From the IMG/VR virus record IMGVR_UViG_3300029288_000072, positions 134,443-198,442 of that record: 64,000 nt of DNA; one strand, 5' to 3'. The position numbers and the translations under genes are program-made. The notes under the pieces were generated by a model. It had not been told where the DNA came from, did no database searches, and was given only the letters and a program-made list of their open reading frames with translations. The DNA comes from a virus (taxonomy: Duplodnaviria > Caudoviricetes). Shown here piece by piece: positions 49,480 through 58,916 of this stretch. How positions within the stretch are numbered: position 1 is the stretch's first letter; every line of letters begins with the position of its first letter.

Positions 49480-49487
49480 TATAAATA
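49480..49487 (+). promoter_or_regulatory. T4-type late promoter TATAAATA
   Basis: Exact consensus right after gp46 stop, upstream of AGGAG SD. Confidence 0.6.
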
Positions 49488-49504
49488 TATCATAGGAGTA
49501 TATA

Positions 49505-49690
49505 ATGACAGAAAAATTAGAAGAAAAAAAGAAAAGAAAAAAGAGAAAGAAAACAGGATTTGGTGCATATAAAAGAAATGGTAGATTGTATTGGGGATGG
49601 TCAACTGGTCTAGAAACTGGTGGACAACATTTTAACTCTGATACTACATCAGACTCAGGGGATTCTGGTGGAGACGGCGGTGGAGAATGA
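49505..49690 (+). CDS. Small late protein, Lys/Arg-rich N-half and Gly/Asp/Ser-rich tail
   Basis: AGGAG SD, late promoter, coupled to next ORF. Confidence 0.65.
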   Translation: MTEKLEEKKKRKKRKKTGFGAYKRNGRLYWGWSTGLETGGQHFNSDTTSDSGDSGGDGGGE

Positions 49691-50130
49691 AACAAAATTT
49701 ATCACAATTATTTCTTGAAAATATAAATGAACCACTTAATTATAACGTAAATTATAAACTAAATGTATCAGATGAGTGTAAAAGTATAATTAATAAGTTT
49801 ATAGAATATACAAAAAATACCCTTGATATAACAGAATTACCAAATATTGTAATAACTGACGATAGAACTACTGTTCCTATGACAACTGGTGCTTTTTTAC
49901 CAGATTCAAATACTATATATATCTATGCTAAAAATAGAGCATTATGTGATTATTTAAGAACATTAGCACACGAACTTAGCCATTATAAGCAAAGATTGGA
50001 TGGTAAGATACCAAAAACCTTAAATGGTAGAAATAAACCATTAGAAGATGAGGCTAACATAGATTCTGGTGACTTAATTTATAATTTCGCCCACTCTAAT
50101 GAAGATAATAAAGTAATATATGACTTATAA
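49687..50130 (+). CDS. Zincin-like metallopeptidase
   Basis: LRTLAHELSHYKQ...EDEAN (HExxH plus downstream E). Confidence 0.75.
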   Translation: MKQNLSQLFLENINEPLNYNVNYKLNVSDECKSIINKFIEYTKNTLDITELPNIVITDDRTTVPMTTGAFLPDSNTIYIYAKNRALCDYLRTLAHELSHYKQRLDGKIPKTLNGRNKPLEDEANIDSGDLIYNFAHSNEDNKVIYDL

Positions 50131-50132
50131 CT

Positions 50133-52535
50133 TTATTTGGTTATTTTTTGTGTTTCTTCCTGTTTCTTTTTAATAGATTCTCCTAATTCTCCTACTTCAC
50201 ATGCACCACCACTACAAGCAGCACCAGCAAGTTTCGTAACATCTACTTTTTGCTCTATTTCCTCTTTAACATTTGTCCAGTCTACTTCTTTGTATTCTCT
50301 TTTTAAATCTAACCATAATTTTAGATTTGATACATCCTTTAATAGATAAGTACATTTCTTCAAATCATTATTTACATATCGTTCCGCAAATTGGTTAACC
50401 CTTCTAAGCCAATCCTTTTTTAATGTCATTGATTTATATTTTTCATTATATTCAATATATTTAGAATAGTTTAAAGTAAATTCTAATAATTTATCATTCC
50501 ATTGTTTTTGTGTATAACCATTTTTTTCTGGTAATATTGGTTCATCCATTTTTTCTAAATCTTCTATTTTTTCACCTATACCTAGTACACAATCACATGC
50601 TGCCCATAAATTGTTATTAAATGCATGTAGTCCATCAACAATTAATCCAGATGCCATTAATGCCCCGTCTCCGTAATATTTAACTATTTGAGAAGAATCA
50701 TAAATCGTTGTAAACGGTGCTTGTGGATAATCTTTATCTCCATCCATCGGCAATAATGATATTCCAGCAAACCATTTACGATTTTTATAGATATACTCTT
50801 CTACATCATTCCATTCTTCTGGTTTGACCGAAATAGTATTACTTACATTATGTCTTAACCAAGGATATTTTTCAAATCTCCAATCATTTTTTCTTGTTCC
50901 ATATTCAATCCAATTTTGCTGAGTTAATTTTACATGTTCTAATAATTCGATAGCACCAGTTTTATTTTTTGTTTTTGCTCCATCAGGAACTTCACACAAG
51001 AAAGATAATACAACATCAGTTTTATTATTAGACCAAACTGATTCTTCGACTGCCAATGGATTCATTTTTTGAAATTCTTGAGCAGGAAATTCTAGTTTAT
51101 TTGCCTGAACTCTTCTTATATATTTTTTAGCATGATTAGGATGAATACCAGAACTTGTACCTAAAATACAACTTGATGTACCACTAGGTTTTAAGGTACA
51201 TCCTCTTGCACACGAATTTATTCCCAAAATTTTTGCAATTTTTTCATTTGTTTCTAAAACTACTTTTGCTCCTGTTTTTTGAATTTTTGTATCAAAAATA
51301 ATGGTTGGATTATCCATCATTCCTGTTATAGAAACACCTAATAATGCATCACGTTCAATAATTTTTTTAGTTGATTCAGATAAATAATCAAGATTCATAT
51401 AAGTTGCTTGGATTGTTCCTAAAATTGCTGCTGCTCTACAAGCATCATAAAAATCCTGATCGGTTTTTACTTTCTTTCCATTTATTTCTGAAAGGTTGCA
51501 AAAATTCCATCCAGAATTACCTTCTTCGTCATAACAATGTAAACTAATTTCGGAACACGGGTTAAACATTGTTTCTGTATTATCTGTCCATATGAATCCT
51601 GGTTCACCAAATTCTTTTACACTCTTCATAAGTTTTGAAAACTGTTCTTTTGAAACATTATCTCTAAGTAGTAATGCAGAATTGTTTGATCTTCCTCTTT
51701 GTGGATTTGTTATAAACCAATCACCAGTTTTTGCATTAGCCATTTCTTCGTCATCAGGAGAGAATAAAATAATTGTTGCACTTCTTCTTATTCCACCAGA
51801 TAACACAGAATCACTCATATGCATAATAATATCATAAACTTCAATTGGTTTTAATTTTCTATTTTTTATATTTTTTAAAATATTCTCTATTAATTCTAAT
51901 GATCTTTTTAATCCTGCTGGACCTGGAGCAATACCACCCCAAGAAATCATTGCTCCTTGAGGTCTAATCAGGCTATAATCAAATTCTATTTCATAACCAC
52001 TAAAAGAATCAAAATTACATTGTGTATCATATGAATAAAATTTTGATGATGTATTAAAAAAAGATTGCATTAATACACCAACCGAATCTGCCCATCCTTC
52101 AATGGTATCGGGTATAACAAATATTTTTTTACCTTTATTTCGTTCAATAACTTTTGGTAATTTTTCTATATGATGTTTTTGTACACTTGCACCCACACCA
52201 CAACCACATAATAATAAATATAATGTTTCTTTAAAAAAATCTAGTCTATCAACGTAACTAGCACAACAATTATATATTTTAGCATTCTTCTTTAGTATAG
52301 GATCACCGCCAAATTGTAATGCTCTTTGTGACCCTAAAATTCTTTTTTTAAGAATCATATCTTTTGCAAATTCAATTTCTGGTTTTATTAAATCATATTT
52401 TTCACCTAAATGAATTTTATGCATATTAAAAACACGTTCTACTAGTTCTTGCCATGTTTCTCTACGTTTCTTTTCTGGGATATATTTAGCATATTTTGCA
52501 TATTGAGTATATTCTGATAAAGCCTTTAAGGACAT
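50133..52535 (-). CDS. nrdJ: Class II (adenosylcobalamin-dependent, monomeric RTPR-type) ribonucleotide reductase
   Basis: RETW, YNC, GCGVG, EGWAD, GGIRRSA, GEPG, NPCSEI, CNLSE, KPSG, C-terminal ACSGGACEV. Confidence 0.88.
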   Translation of the reverse strand: MSLKALSEYTQYAKYAKYIPEKKRRETWQELVERVFNMHKIHLGEKYDLIKPEIEFAKDMILKKRILGSQRALQFGGDPILKKNAKIYNCCASYVDRLDFFKETLYLLLCGCGVGASVQKHHIEKLPKVIERNKGKKIFVIPDTIEGWADSVGVLMQSFFNTSSKFYSYDTQCNFDSFSGYEIEFDYSLIRPQGAMISWGGIAPGPAGLKRSLELIENILKNIKNRKLKPIEVYDIIMHMSDSVLSGGIRRSATIILFSPDDEEMANAKTGDWFITNPQRGRSNNSALLLRDNVSKEQFSKLMKSVKEFGEPGFIWTDNTETMFNPCSEISLHCYDEEGNSGWNFCNLSEINGKKVKTDQDFYDACRAAAILGTIQATYMNLDYLSESTKKIIERDALLGVSITGMMDNPTIIFDTKIQKTGAKVVLETNEKIAKILGINSCARGCTLKPSGTSSCILGTSSGIHPNHAKKYIRRVQANKLEFPAQEFQKMNPLAVEESVWSNNKTDVVLSFLCEVPDGAKTKNKTGAIELLEHVKLTQQNWIEYGTRKNDWRFEKYPWLRHNVSNTISVKPEEWNDVEEYIYKNRKWFAGISLLPMDGDKDYPQAPFTTIYDSSQIVKYYGDGALMASGLIVDGLHAFNNNLWAACDCVLGIGEKIEDLEKMDEPILPEKNGYTQKQWNDKLLEFTLNYSKYIEYNEKYKSMTLKKDWLRRVNQFAERYVNNDLKKCTYLLKDVSNLKLWLDLKREYKEVDWTNVKEEIEQKVDVTKLAGAACSGGACEVGELGESIKKKQEETQKITK

Positions 52536-52654
52536 TTTTAAACTCTCCTAACATTTTTTATGTTTAATGTATTTATGTTAATAAGATTTTGTACTTAATT
52601 AAAATCTTTGATACAAAATTATATCACAAACTTATTAACGATCAATTAAAAAAT

Positions 52655-52662
52655 TATAAATA
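52655..52662 (+). promoter_or_regulatory. T4-type late promoter TATAAATA
   Basis: Exact consensus, 5 nt before ATG 52668. Confidence 0.65.
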
Positions 52663-52667
52663 CACAT

Positions 52668-53150
52668 ATGAGAAAACGTTTAAAATTACAGATTTTATCT
52701 ATATTTTCAGAGAGTGTAAACATTGAAAAAGATGATTTATTTTTGTTACTTATAGATAGAAAACCTAAATTAAAAATTTTAACATCAAAAGGTGAATATA
52801 ATGAAGAATTTGGATATGTTTTGCCTTTTGATTATGGAGAATTTTTAGAATATAAGAAAAATGATGTTAATTGGAAGTTTATAATAACACCAAATTCATT
52901 TTCTTATGATGATAAATTGAAACCAGTTGGAATTATTAATAATACAATAATATTAGCTAATAAAGGTAATATTAGTGATGATGAAAAGACTTTAATTAGA
53001 AAAGTTTTTAATAAAGATGATGTTGATTTTAGTTTAAAAGAGAATTGGGAAGATTCAATATTTAAAACATATAAGCTAACAAAGGTTAAAGACAAATATT
53101 ATGGTGGAATAGGTGTAGGAAAAGTAGCTAGAAAATCTTTCTATAATTGA
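52668..53150 (+). CDS. Hypothetical late protein (weak pyrophosphatase-like PFDYG motif)
   Basis: Late promoter; LPFDYGE but no DxDxxD catalytic motif. Confidence 0.55.
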   Translation: MRKRLKLQILSIFSESVNIEKDDLFLLLIDRKPKLKILTSKGEYNEEFGYVLPFDYGEFLEYKKNDVNWKFIITPNSFSYDDKLKPVGIINNTIILANKGNISDDEKTLIRKVFNKDDVDFSLKENWEDSIFKTYKLTKVKDKYYGGIGVGKVARKSFYN

Positions 53151-53242
53151 GTTACAATATAATTTCAGGCAGATATTAAGAATGTTTAAGTAGTTTAATA
53201 TGTTTTGTTTATTATTTTATTTAAATTAATTTTAACTTATTA

Positions 53243-53379
53243 TAGATCTACGGATACTACGTTTCACTTCGTATCCTCCGATCTACTCAACCTGCTAACA
53301 CTTCGTGTTATCAGGTTTCGTAAGATTTATTTTTGATTTAAACTAGTTAAATTAGTTTTATTTAGTTTTATTTAGTTTT
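53243..53379. other. Hairpins with GNA-triloop motifs plus 3x TTAGTTTT direct repeats (candidate replication origin)
   Basis: TAGATC/GATCTA, GGATAC/GTATCC, AACCTG/CAGGTT, TAACAC/GTGTTA stems; 10-bp-period repeats at 53352-53379. Confidence 0.45.
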
Positions 53380-53380
53380 C

Positions 53381-53664
53381 GTCTGTGAAAATTTCTAGAT
53401 TTTTAATACACAGACATATATTCCTATTTTTCTTGTACTATAAGTACAAAAATATACAGGACTTATGTGACTAGCGTTGCAACACATCAGGCAATTAGAG
53501 TCCGCTGACCGTCTTATGTTTTCGGACTAAATATTATTTCTATGTTTTCCTGGCTTGTTAACACCAGCACCTATACAATCGGTAATATATAAATTGATTA
53601 TATAGATGGTCTACTGTGCTTTTGTTTATCGTGGTAGCCGTAGTCTTAATCCATTACTAACAAG
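53381..53664 (+). ncRNA. Candidate structured non-coding RNA (multi-stem, pseudoknot)
   Basis: At least 7 stems found by eye; G.U wobbles favour + strand; loop CTTGTTA (53554-60) complements TAACAAG (53658-64). Confidence 0.45.
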
Positions 53665-53691
53665 TTCATATGTAAATAAACGGTTACTTTC

Positions 53692-55554
53692 TTATACTAT
53701 AATTCGATATACTTGCTCCTTACTATTACTATTTGGTGGTAAAATATAAAGTGATATTCTTTCATTTACACCAAATGCGGTTGTTGATCGCCATTGATTT
53801 ATATTTAGTTCTCTTAACATTATATGAAATCTTTTTGCGTCGTCAATATAATTTTTATAAGATTCTTCGGATCTAAGATTTTTCTTTCCATCTAATGAAT
53901 TATGATAACAATATGCATCAATAGCAAAATTATGTAATCCTTTAGATTTTGCATTCATACAAATATCTGCCCCATAAAAATGAAACCCTGTTATTCTTTC
54001 ATCTCTAAATCTTAGACCAGTTTGCTTATTTATTATAAGACATAACTCATCTAATGTCAAGACTTCGTTTTTATATTTATTTGGAGGATTTAATGGTGTT
54101 AAACTGGCATCTGTTAAATAATAATATGCTTTATGGTCTAACGTTACGCCAGCAGGACCAATTACACCCCATTTAGATTGTTCTACTTCTAATTGTTTTA
54201 TATTTTTTGTAATTGAATTTAACCAATTGTCCGGAACAACAACATCTTGATGTAAAAATATAACATGTTTACCAGAACTAATATCCATAGCATTATTATA
54301 TGCCTTTCCAACATTTGTATACATATTATTAAAATTAGGAATTGCGATTAATTCTATACTATGTTTTCCTTGTTGAGTTTTTAATGAATTACAAAAGTTT
54401 AAATATTCATTAAAATCATGAACTAATGTTATTATTGAATAATCATAATTTACAATTTTATTTCTTGTTATTGCATTTGCAGAAACTTTTCCTCTCAAAT
54501 ATGAACTATCCTTATGCATTTGTTTTAACCGTTCTTCTGGCATACCATTTCTAAATCTTGATGCATTATCTTTATGAATTATTTCTGCTTTTCTATTACA
54601 TATATTATATTTTTTCAAAACGCTTGTTATTTTCATCATAATATCAACATCTTGAAATATATCTTCATATTGTTCATCAAACCCATTTATTTTTTTATAA
54701 TCATTTACATGTATTAATACACCAGCAGCAGTATTACCATCAACTATTTTTATTCCATTTTCTTTTTCTATTAATTGTGGTTTTCTTAGTCCAAGATTAA
54801 TATGACCAGGATTTGTGTATTTACCTGATGCATCATAAATATGTTGACCATCATGTTGAATTCTACCATCTTCATAGTACATTCTACAACCAACAGAACC
54901 AACTTTTCTAAAGATTCCAATTTCCATCATTTGAGTAACATAATCATTTAATGCTTTTGTATCATTATTTTGAATTACTACAAAATCTGTTGTAACATGA
55001 TTAAAAATTGCAGAATTATAATTTTTTCCGAAATGATAGTTTTTAAGTTGGACAAATTTATAATTAAAGTTTTTCATATTACATAATTCTTGTAATGACT
55101 TATAATAATCAAATACTAATGGATCTGTTGTTCCAGTATCTACTATCATTATTGTTGTGTTTGGATATTTAACATGTTCTAATATAGAATCACAACATGG
55201 CTTAATTAAGTCCAAACTATCTTTAGTTAGTATAGAAATAGTTACTGTAGGATTTCTACCTAAACTATGATAATATTTTAAATGATTTAATTCATCATTA
55301 ATAATTGTATTTAAATTTGTTGTTTGTGGTATAGATGATAATATTTTATCAATACTATTTGCTTGTGGAGGAGGTTTTATAGTTGAATGTTCATTAGGTA
55401 TTTTTGGTTGTACAGTTTGTCCAATCATTGATAATCCAGGAATCATAGATAATGAATCTGGTCCATGAATAACAGCATTTGGCTTAATTACTCTTCTACT
55501 ACCATTTATCATGATAGGTATTTCATAAATAGTGTTGTTTTTAAATACTGCCAT
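53692..55554 (-). CDS. Tandem two-domain GT2 glycosyltransferase
   Basis: VDTG, QNND, HDG, GFDE.Y...QDVD; second domain AYN..M, FLHQD, TLDE, FHFYGAD. Confidence 0.88.
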   Translation of the reverse strand: MAVFKNNTIYEIPIMINGSRRVIKPNAVIHGPDSLSMIPGLSMIGQTVQPKIPNEHSTIKPPPQANSIDKILSSIPQTTNLNTIINDELNHLKYYHSLGRNPTVTISILTKDSLDLIKPCCDSILEHVKYPNTTIMIVDTGTTDPLVFDYYKSLQELCNMKNFNYKFVQLKNYHFGKNYNSAIFNHVTTDFVVIQNNDTKALNDYVTQMMEIGIFRKVGSVGCRMYYEDGRIQHDGQHIYDASGKYTNPGHINLGLRKPQLIEKENGIKIVDGNTAAGVLIHVNDYKKINGFDEQYEDIFQDVDIMMKITSVLKKYNICNRKAEIIHKDNASRFRNGMPEERLKQMHKDSSYLRGKVSANAITRNKIVNYDYSIITLVHDFNEYLNFCNSLKTQQGKHSIELIAIPNFNNMYTNVGKAYNNAMDISSGKHVIFLHQDVVVPDNWLNSITKNIKQLEVEQSKWGVIGPAGVTLDHKAYYYLTDASLTPLNPPNKYKNEVLTLDELCLIINKQTGLRFRDERITGFHFYGADICMNAKSKGLHNFAIDAYCYHNSLDGKKNLRSEESYKNYIDDAKRFHIMLRELNINQWRSTTAFGVNERISLYILPPNSNSKEQVYRIIV

Positions 55555-56995
55555 TTATTTGTATATCCTTCACATCAATTGAAAACTCTGCTTTATCATA
55601 AAACTTAATCCTCTTATCTAAATGTGCATCTGAATATTTAAGACTATCTCCTATATCATACAAGAAAAGTTTATTTTTTTCTTTATGAAGTCTTAATCCT
55701 CTACCAACAGATTGTAAAGTTCTTATTTTAGATTTACCTGCAGCAGCAAATATGATTGCATGTAACCTCTTGATAGATATACCAGTTGAAAAAACTCCAC
55801 TAGTAGCAACAATAATAACTTTTTTATTAATATTTGTAAATTTTCTTATTCGTTCTCGTTCTTCGGGGTCTACATCACCAGTTACTAAAAATATATGATC
55901 ACAACAATTTAATTCTTTTAAATTGTTGTAAATAAAATCTGCATGATCAAGTTTATTTACAAGTATTAATATATTATGTTCCTTTTCAAGATGCTTTTTA
56001 CATACACATTTAATTATATTTGCTCTTGGTTTAGATGATTCTAAATATTTCTTTTCTAATTCATATGGAGCATTCTTTAATTGTTTTTGTACCTCTTCTG
56101 GGTAATTTAAATATAATATTTTTATAGCTATATCTGATGCATCACCTTTTTCGATTAATTCTTTTGTTGTAACACGGTGTAAAACTGGACCTAATGTACT
56201 AATTACTCTATATTCATCAGATTTATGGTCTGGCATAGTTCCTGTACACCCAATTCTTATTTCTGCATTAATACAATTTTCTGAAACTGATCTAACAACA
56301 TCTCCCTTAAGAGAGTGTGTTTCATCACAGATTAACATATCAAATTCTTTACTTAGTTCTTTTTGTTTACACATTGATTGCCATGTACTGATAATAATAG
56401 ATTGATTTTTATCTTTACACTCACCATTAAATCTACCAATCATATCTTCTTTTATACCATAACTTATTAAGTCCGATCTCATTTGTTCAATAAGACCTAA
56501 TGTTGGAACTAAGATTAAAACTTTGTTAATTTCTTTTGTTAATAAGAAGTGCATTGCGATTATCGCAATAGTTAAAGATTTTCCTGATGATGTAGCATGT
56601 TCTAAAATACCACGTCGATATTTTATAATTTTTTTAGCTCCATCAATTTGATGTGTTCTTGGTATCCATTCAGATGATAACCACGATTCTAAAATATTAT
56701 CAAAATTATCTAATGAACTATATTTAACTAAATCTTTATCAAGTTGAATATCCAATTCATCACTTTTAACAAAATTATAAACTTGTTTTAATAATCCAAT
56801 AGGAAATGTACCATCTTTATTTACAAACCTTATTTTACCATCCCACAATCCTGCTTTGACTTTAGGCTGAAACCAATAATTTTCAATATAAACAGAAAAA
56901 TGATTTATTACATCATTCATTATAAATGGATGATTTGTAATTATTCTAGCATTAACATTATTTAATTTTTTAATTTTTAAATATTTTTTATCCAT
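55541..56995 (-). CDS. uvsW: SF2 DNA helicase UvsW
   Basis: WDGKIR, ATSSGKS, STWQS, DETH, TGT, STGISI, QSVGRGLR. Confidence 0.95.
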   Translation of the reverse strand: MDKKYLKIKKLNNVNARIITNHPFIMNDVINHFSVYIENYWFQPKVKAGLWDGKIRFVNKDGTFPIGLLKQVYNFVKSDELDIQLDKDLVKYSSLDNFDNILESWLSSEWIPRTHQIDGAKKIIKYRRGILEHATSSGKSLTIAIIAMHFLLTKEINKVLILVPTLGLIEQMRSDLISYGIKEDMIGRFNGECKDKNQSIIISTWQSMCKQKELSKEFDMLICDETHSLKGDVVRSVSENCINAEIRIGCTGTMPDHKSDEYRVISTLGPVLHRVTTKELIEKGDASDIAIKILYLNYPEEVQKQLKNAPYELEKKYLESSKPRANIIKCVCKKHLEKEHNILILVNKLDHADFIYNNLKELNCCDHIFLVTGDVDPEERERIRKFTNINKKVIIVATSGVFSTGISIKRLHAIIFAAAGKSKIRTLQSVGRGLRLHKEKNKLFLYDIGDSLKYSDAHLDKRIKFYDKAEFSIDVKDIQINGSI

Positions 56996-57504
56996 CAGTT
57001 AAGTCCGAGTTCGTGTGTCCATACATCAATTATGTTTTTTATTGTATAATTTCTGTTATTTAAATTTTTTGCGGTATTTTCTATGAATTCGATTAATGCT
57101 TTATAATTTTTAATTAATTCATATAATGCAAGTCTACATTCATTTGCATCAACATATCGTGTTACTGCTGAATCATATTTTAAACTAGTTGAAAAATCTG
57201 AGCAAAATTTATAATAATGAAATATTTGTGTTTCCATTTTTTGTAATTTAGCTTCAAGATCGTTTAGTAATTTTTTAGAACTATAAAGACGTTCTAGCCA
57301 TCTTTGGAATTTTCCGATATTGGCATTAAGTTCTTCCATAACTATTTCTTTAGTTATATATGATGTATCTTTTTTTGCTTGTTCAATATATTCTTCAAAT
57401 GTTGTATCTAATTTTTCTTGAAGAGAAGTTACCTTTTGTACATAAGAATCTATAAAAGATTTATCAGTAACATACTTGCATTTTTGATCCATTGAATATG
57501 ACAT
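56995..57504 (-). CDS. uvsY: Recombination mediator (UvsY-like)
   Basis: Helical 169 aa protein directly upstream of uvsW; C-terminal NRNYTIKNIID pattern. Confidence 0.65.
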   Translation of the reverse strand: MSYSMDQKCKYVTDKSFIDSYVQKVTSLQEKLDTTFEEYIEQAKKDTSYITKEIVMEELNANIGKFQRWLERLYSSKKLLNDLEAKLQKMETQIFHYYKFCSDFSTSLKYDSAVTRYVDANECRLALYELIKNYKALIEFIENTAKNLNNRNYTIKNIIDVWTHELGLN

Positions 57505-57524
57505 TTTAAAATCCTTCTTAAACG

Positions 57525-57532
57525 TATAAATA
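57525..57532 (+). promoter_or_regulatory. T4-type late promoter TATAAATA
   Basis: Exact consensus in divergent gap ahead of + strand operon 57592-62194. Confidence 0.55.
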
Positions 57533-57591
57533 TGTACGACCGCAATAAATATTATACCATCATTTCATTATATTTATCTGAAAGGAACCAA

Positions 57592-57990
57592 ATGATTCAA
57601 AGTATTACTGATAAATTAACTGAACAACTTGACTATATAAAATATAGTCAACAAACATTAAATGGTATATTTTTAGAAAAAGAAGATGTACAATTAATAT
57701 TTAATACTTTAAAAAAATATGATTTAGAATTATTTCCTTTATTAGAAACAGTAGAAAAAATATCATTAAAAATGTTTGATATAGATCATTATTATATGAA
57801 GAATATAGTTAAAGAACTTTTAGAATATTATAATATTATAGAAAATCCTGATTGTATGAAATCAAGACATAAATTGTTTTTTACAGAAAGCAAAAATCTT
57901 GTTAAAAAACCATATTTAAGCGAAAATGTTTTGAAATCAATTAAAGATGAATTTAATAAAAGAAAAATATTTTCTAAGGTATCATCATGA
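57592..57990 (+). CDS. Hypothetical protein
   Basis: Start reassigned to ATG 57592 after AAAGGA. Confidence 0.6.
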   Translation: MIQSITDKLTEQLDYIKYSQQTLNGIFLEKEDVQLIFNTLKKYDLELFPLLETVEKISLKMFDIDHYYMKNIVKELLEYYNIIENPDCMKSRHKLFFTESKNLVKKPYLSENVLKSIKDEFNKRKIFSKVSS

Positions 57991-58916
57991 ATTTTAAATC
58001 ATATGATAGATTAAATACTGTATTAATGGAATCTACAAAAGTTGAAAAGTTTTTTAGTGATAATTTGCGTCCTAAATTAACAGAAGAATTAATGAAACTA
58101 TTAAAAGAATATAATAATAGTCCATTAGCAAAATATATAATTAGAAGAATACATAATCCAGAGTTAAATCCTCCTCAAAAATTAGAAATAGGAAAAGTCG
58201 GAAATTTGGACTCATATAAAATGGATAAGATTTTTTATGATGTACTGTTAGATGTAAAATCTGGTGATATTGGGCCAGGAGAAATATTAATAGGATTAAC
58301 ATTGGGAGATTGGATTGGTGGTACAAAAGGAGATTATGACGTTGAATTAAAGGATATAGGAAGAACAGAAGTAAAATATCTTGTACCATTTGCAAAATCT
58401 ACAAATGTTCCTATGGGATCTGCTAATAAAAAACGTCTAATACATACAGATATACCAGTAATATTTAATACGTTTGTAAAAATTATAAAAGATAAACCAA
58501 AATTATTGAAAAGATACCTTAATGATGAAGAAATTGCATATTTTGCCGATTATACATTAGATCAATTACAAGGTAATAATGATGTATCTACAAATAGTTT
58601 ACGATTATTGGGCAGAATTTTAAGAAGTTCTGAAAATCAAAAAGATAATAGTTTTATAAAAGAAGAAATTACATTTGATAGACTTAAAATTGCAATGGAA
58701 AGTACTTTAAAATTGGCAATGGGAGAAGCAGAATATTTATTGTTTATAGGCAACAGAATAAAAGATGATGACGAAATTGGTGGAAAATATTATTTAATGT
58801 CTAAAGATGATATTAAATATTATATGTTTTATAGGATATATGATGGTGACAGAATAAAGATTGCACCATTTACAACCGAAAAAGATTTTATGCAATCTAG
58901 GATTTATAATAAATGA
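57987..58916 (+). CDS. Putative PD-(D/E)xK nuclease-fold protein
   Basis: GPGE...GDYDV...TEVK; N-terminus MNFKSY...LME. Confidence 0.5.
   Translation: MNFKSYDRLNTVLMESTKVEKFFSDNLRPKLTEELMKLLKEYNNSPLAKYIIRRIHNPELNPPQKLEIGKVGNLDSYKMDKIFYDVLLDVKSGDIGPGEILIGLTLGDWIGGTKGDYDVELKDIGRTEVKYLVPFAKSTNVPMGSANKKRLIHTDIPVIFNTFVKIIKDKPKLLKRYLNDEEIAYFADYTLDQLQGNNDVSTNSLRLLGRILRSSENQKDNSFIKEEITFDRLKIAMESTLKLAMGEAEYLLFIGNRIKDDDEIGGKYYLMSKDDIKYYMFYRIYDGDRIKIAPFTTEKDFMQSRIYNK

Noticed and set aside
52668-53150. Inorganic pyrophosphatase
   Set aside because: Only a PFDYG-like fragment is present; the catalytic acidic motif is missing
53151-53691. Group I/II intron, tRNA, tmRNA or RNase P RNA
   Set aside because: It interrupts no gene, and I could not find P7, domain V, cloverleaf/TpsiC or P4 consensus sequences
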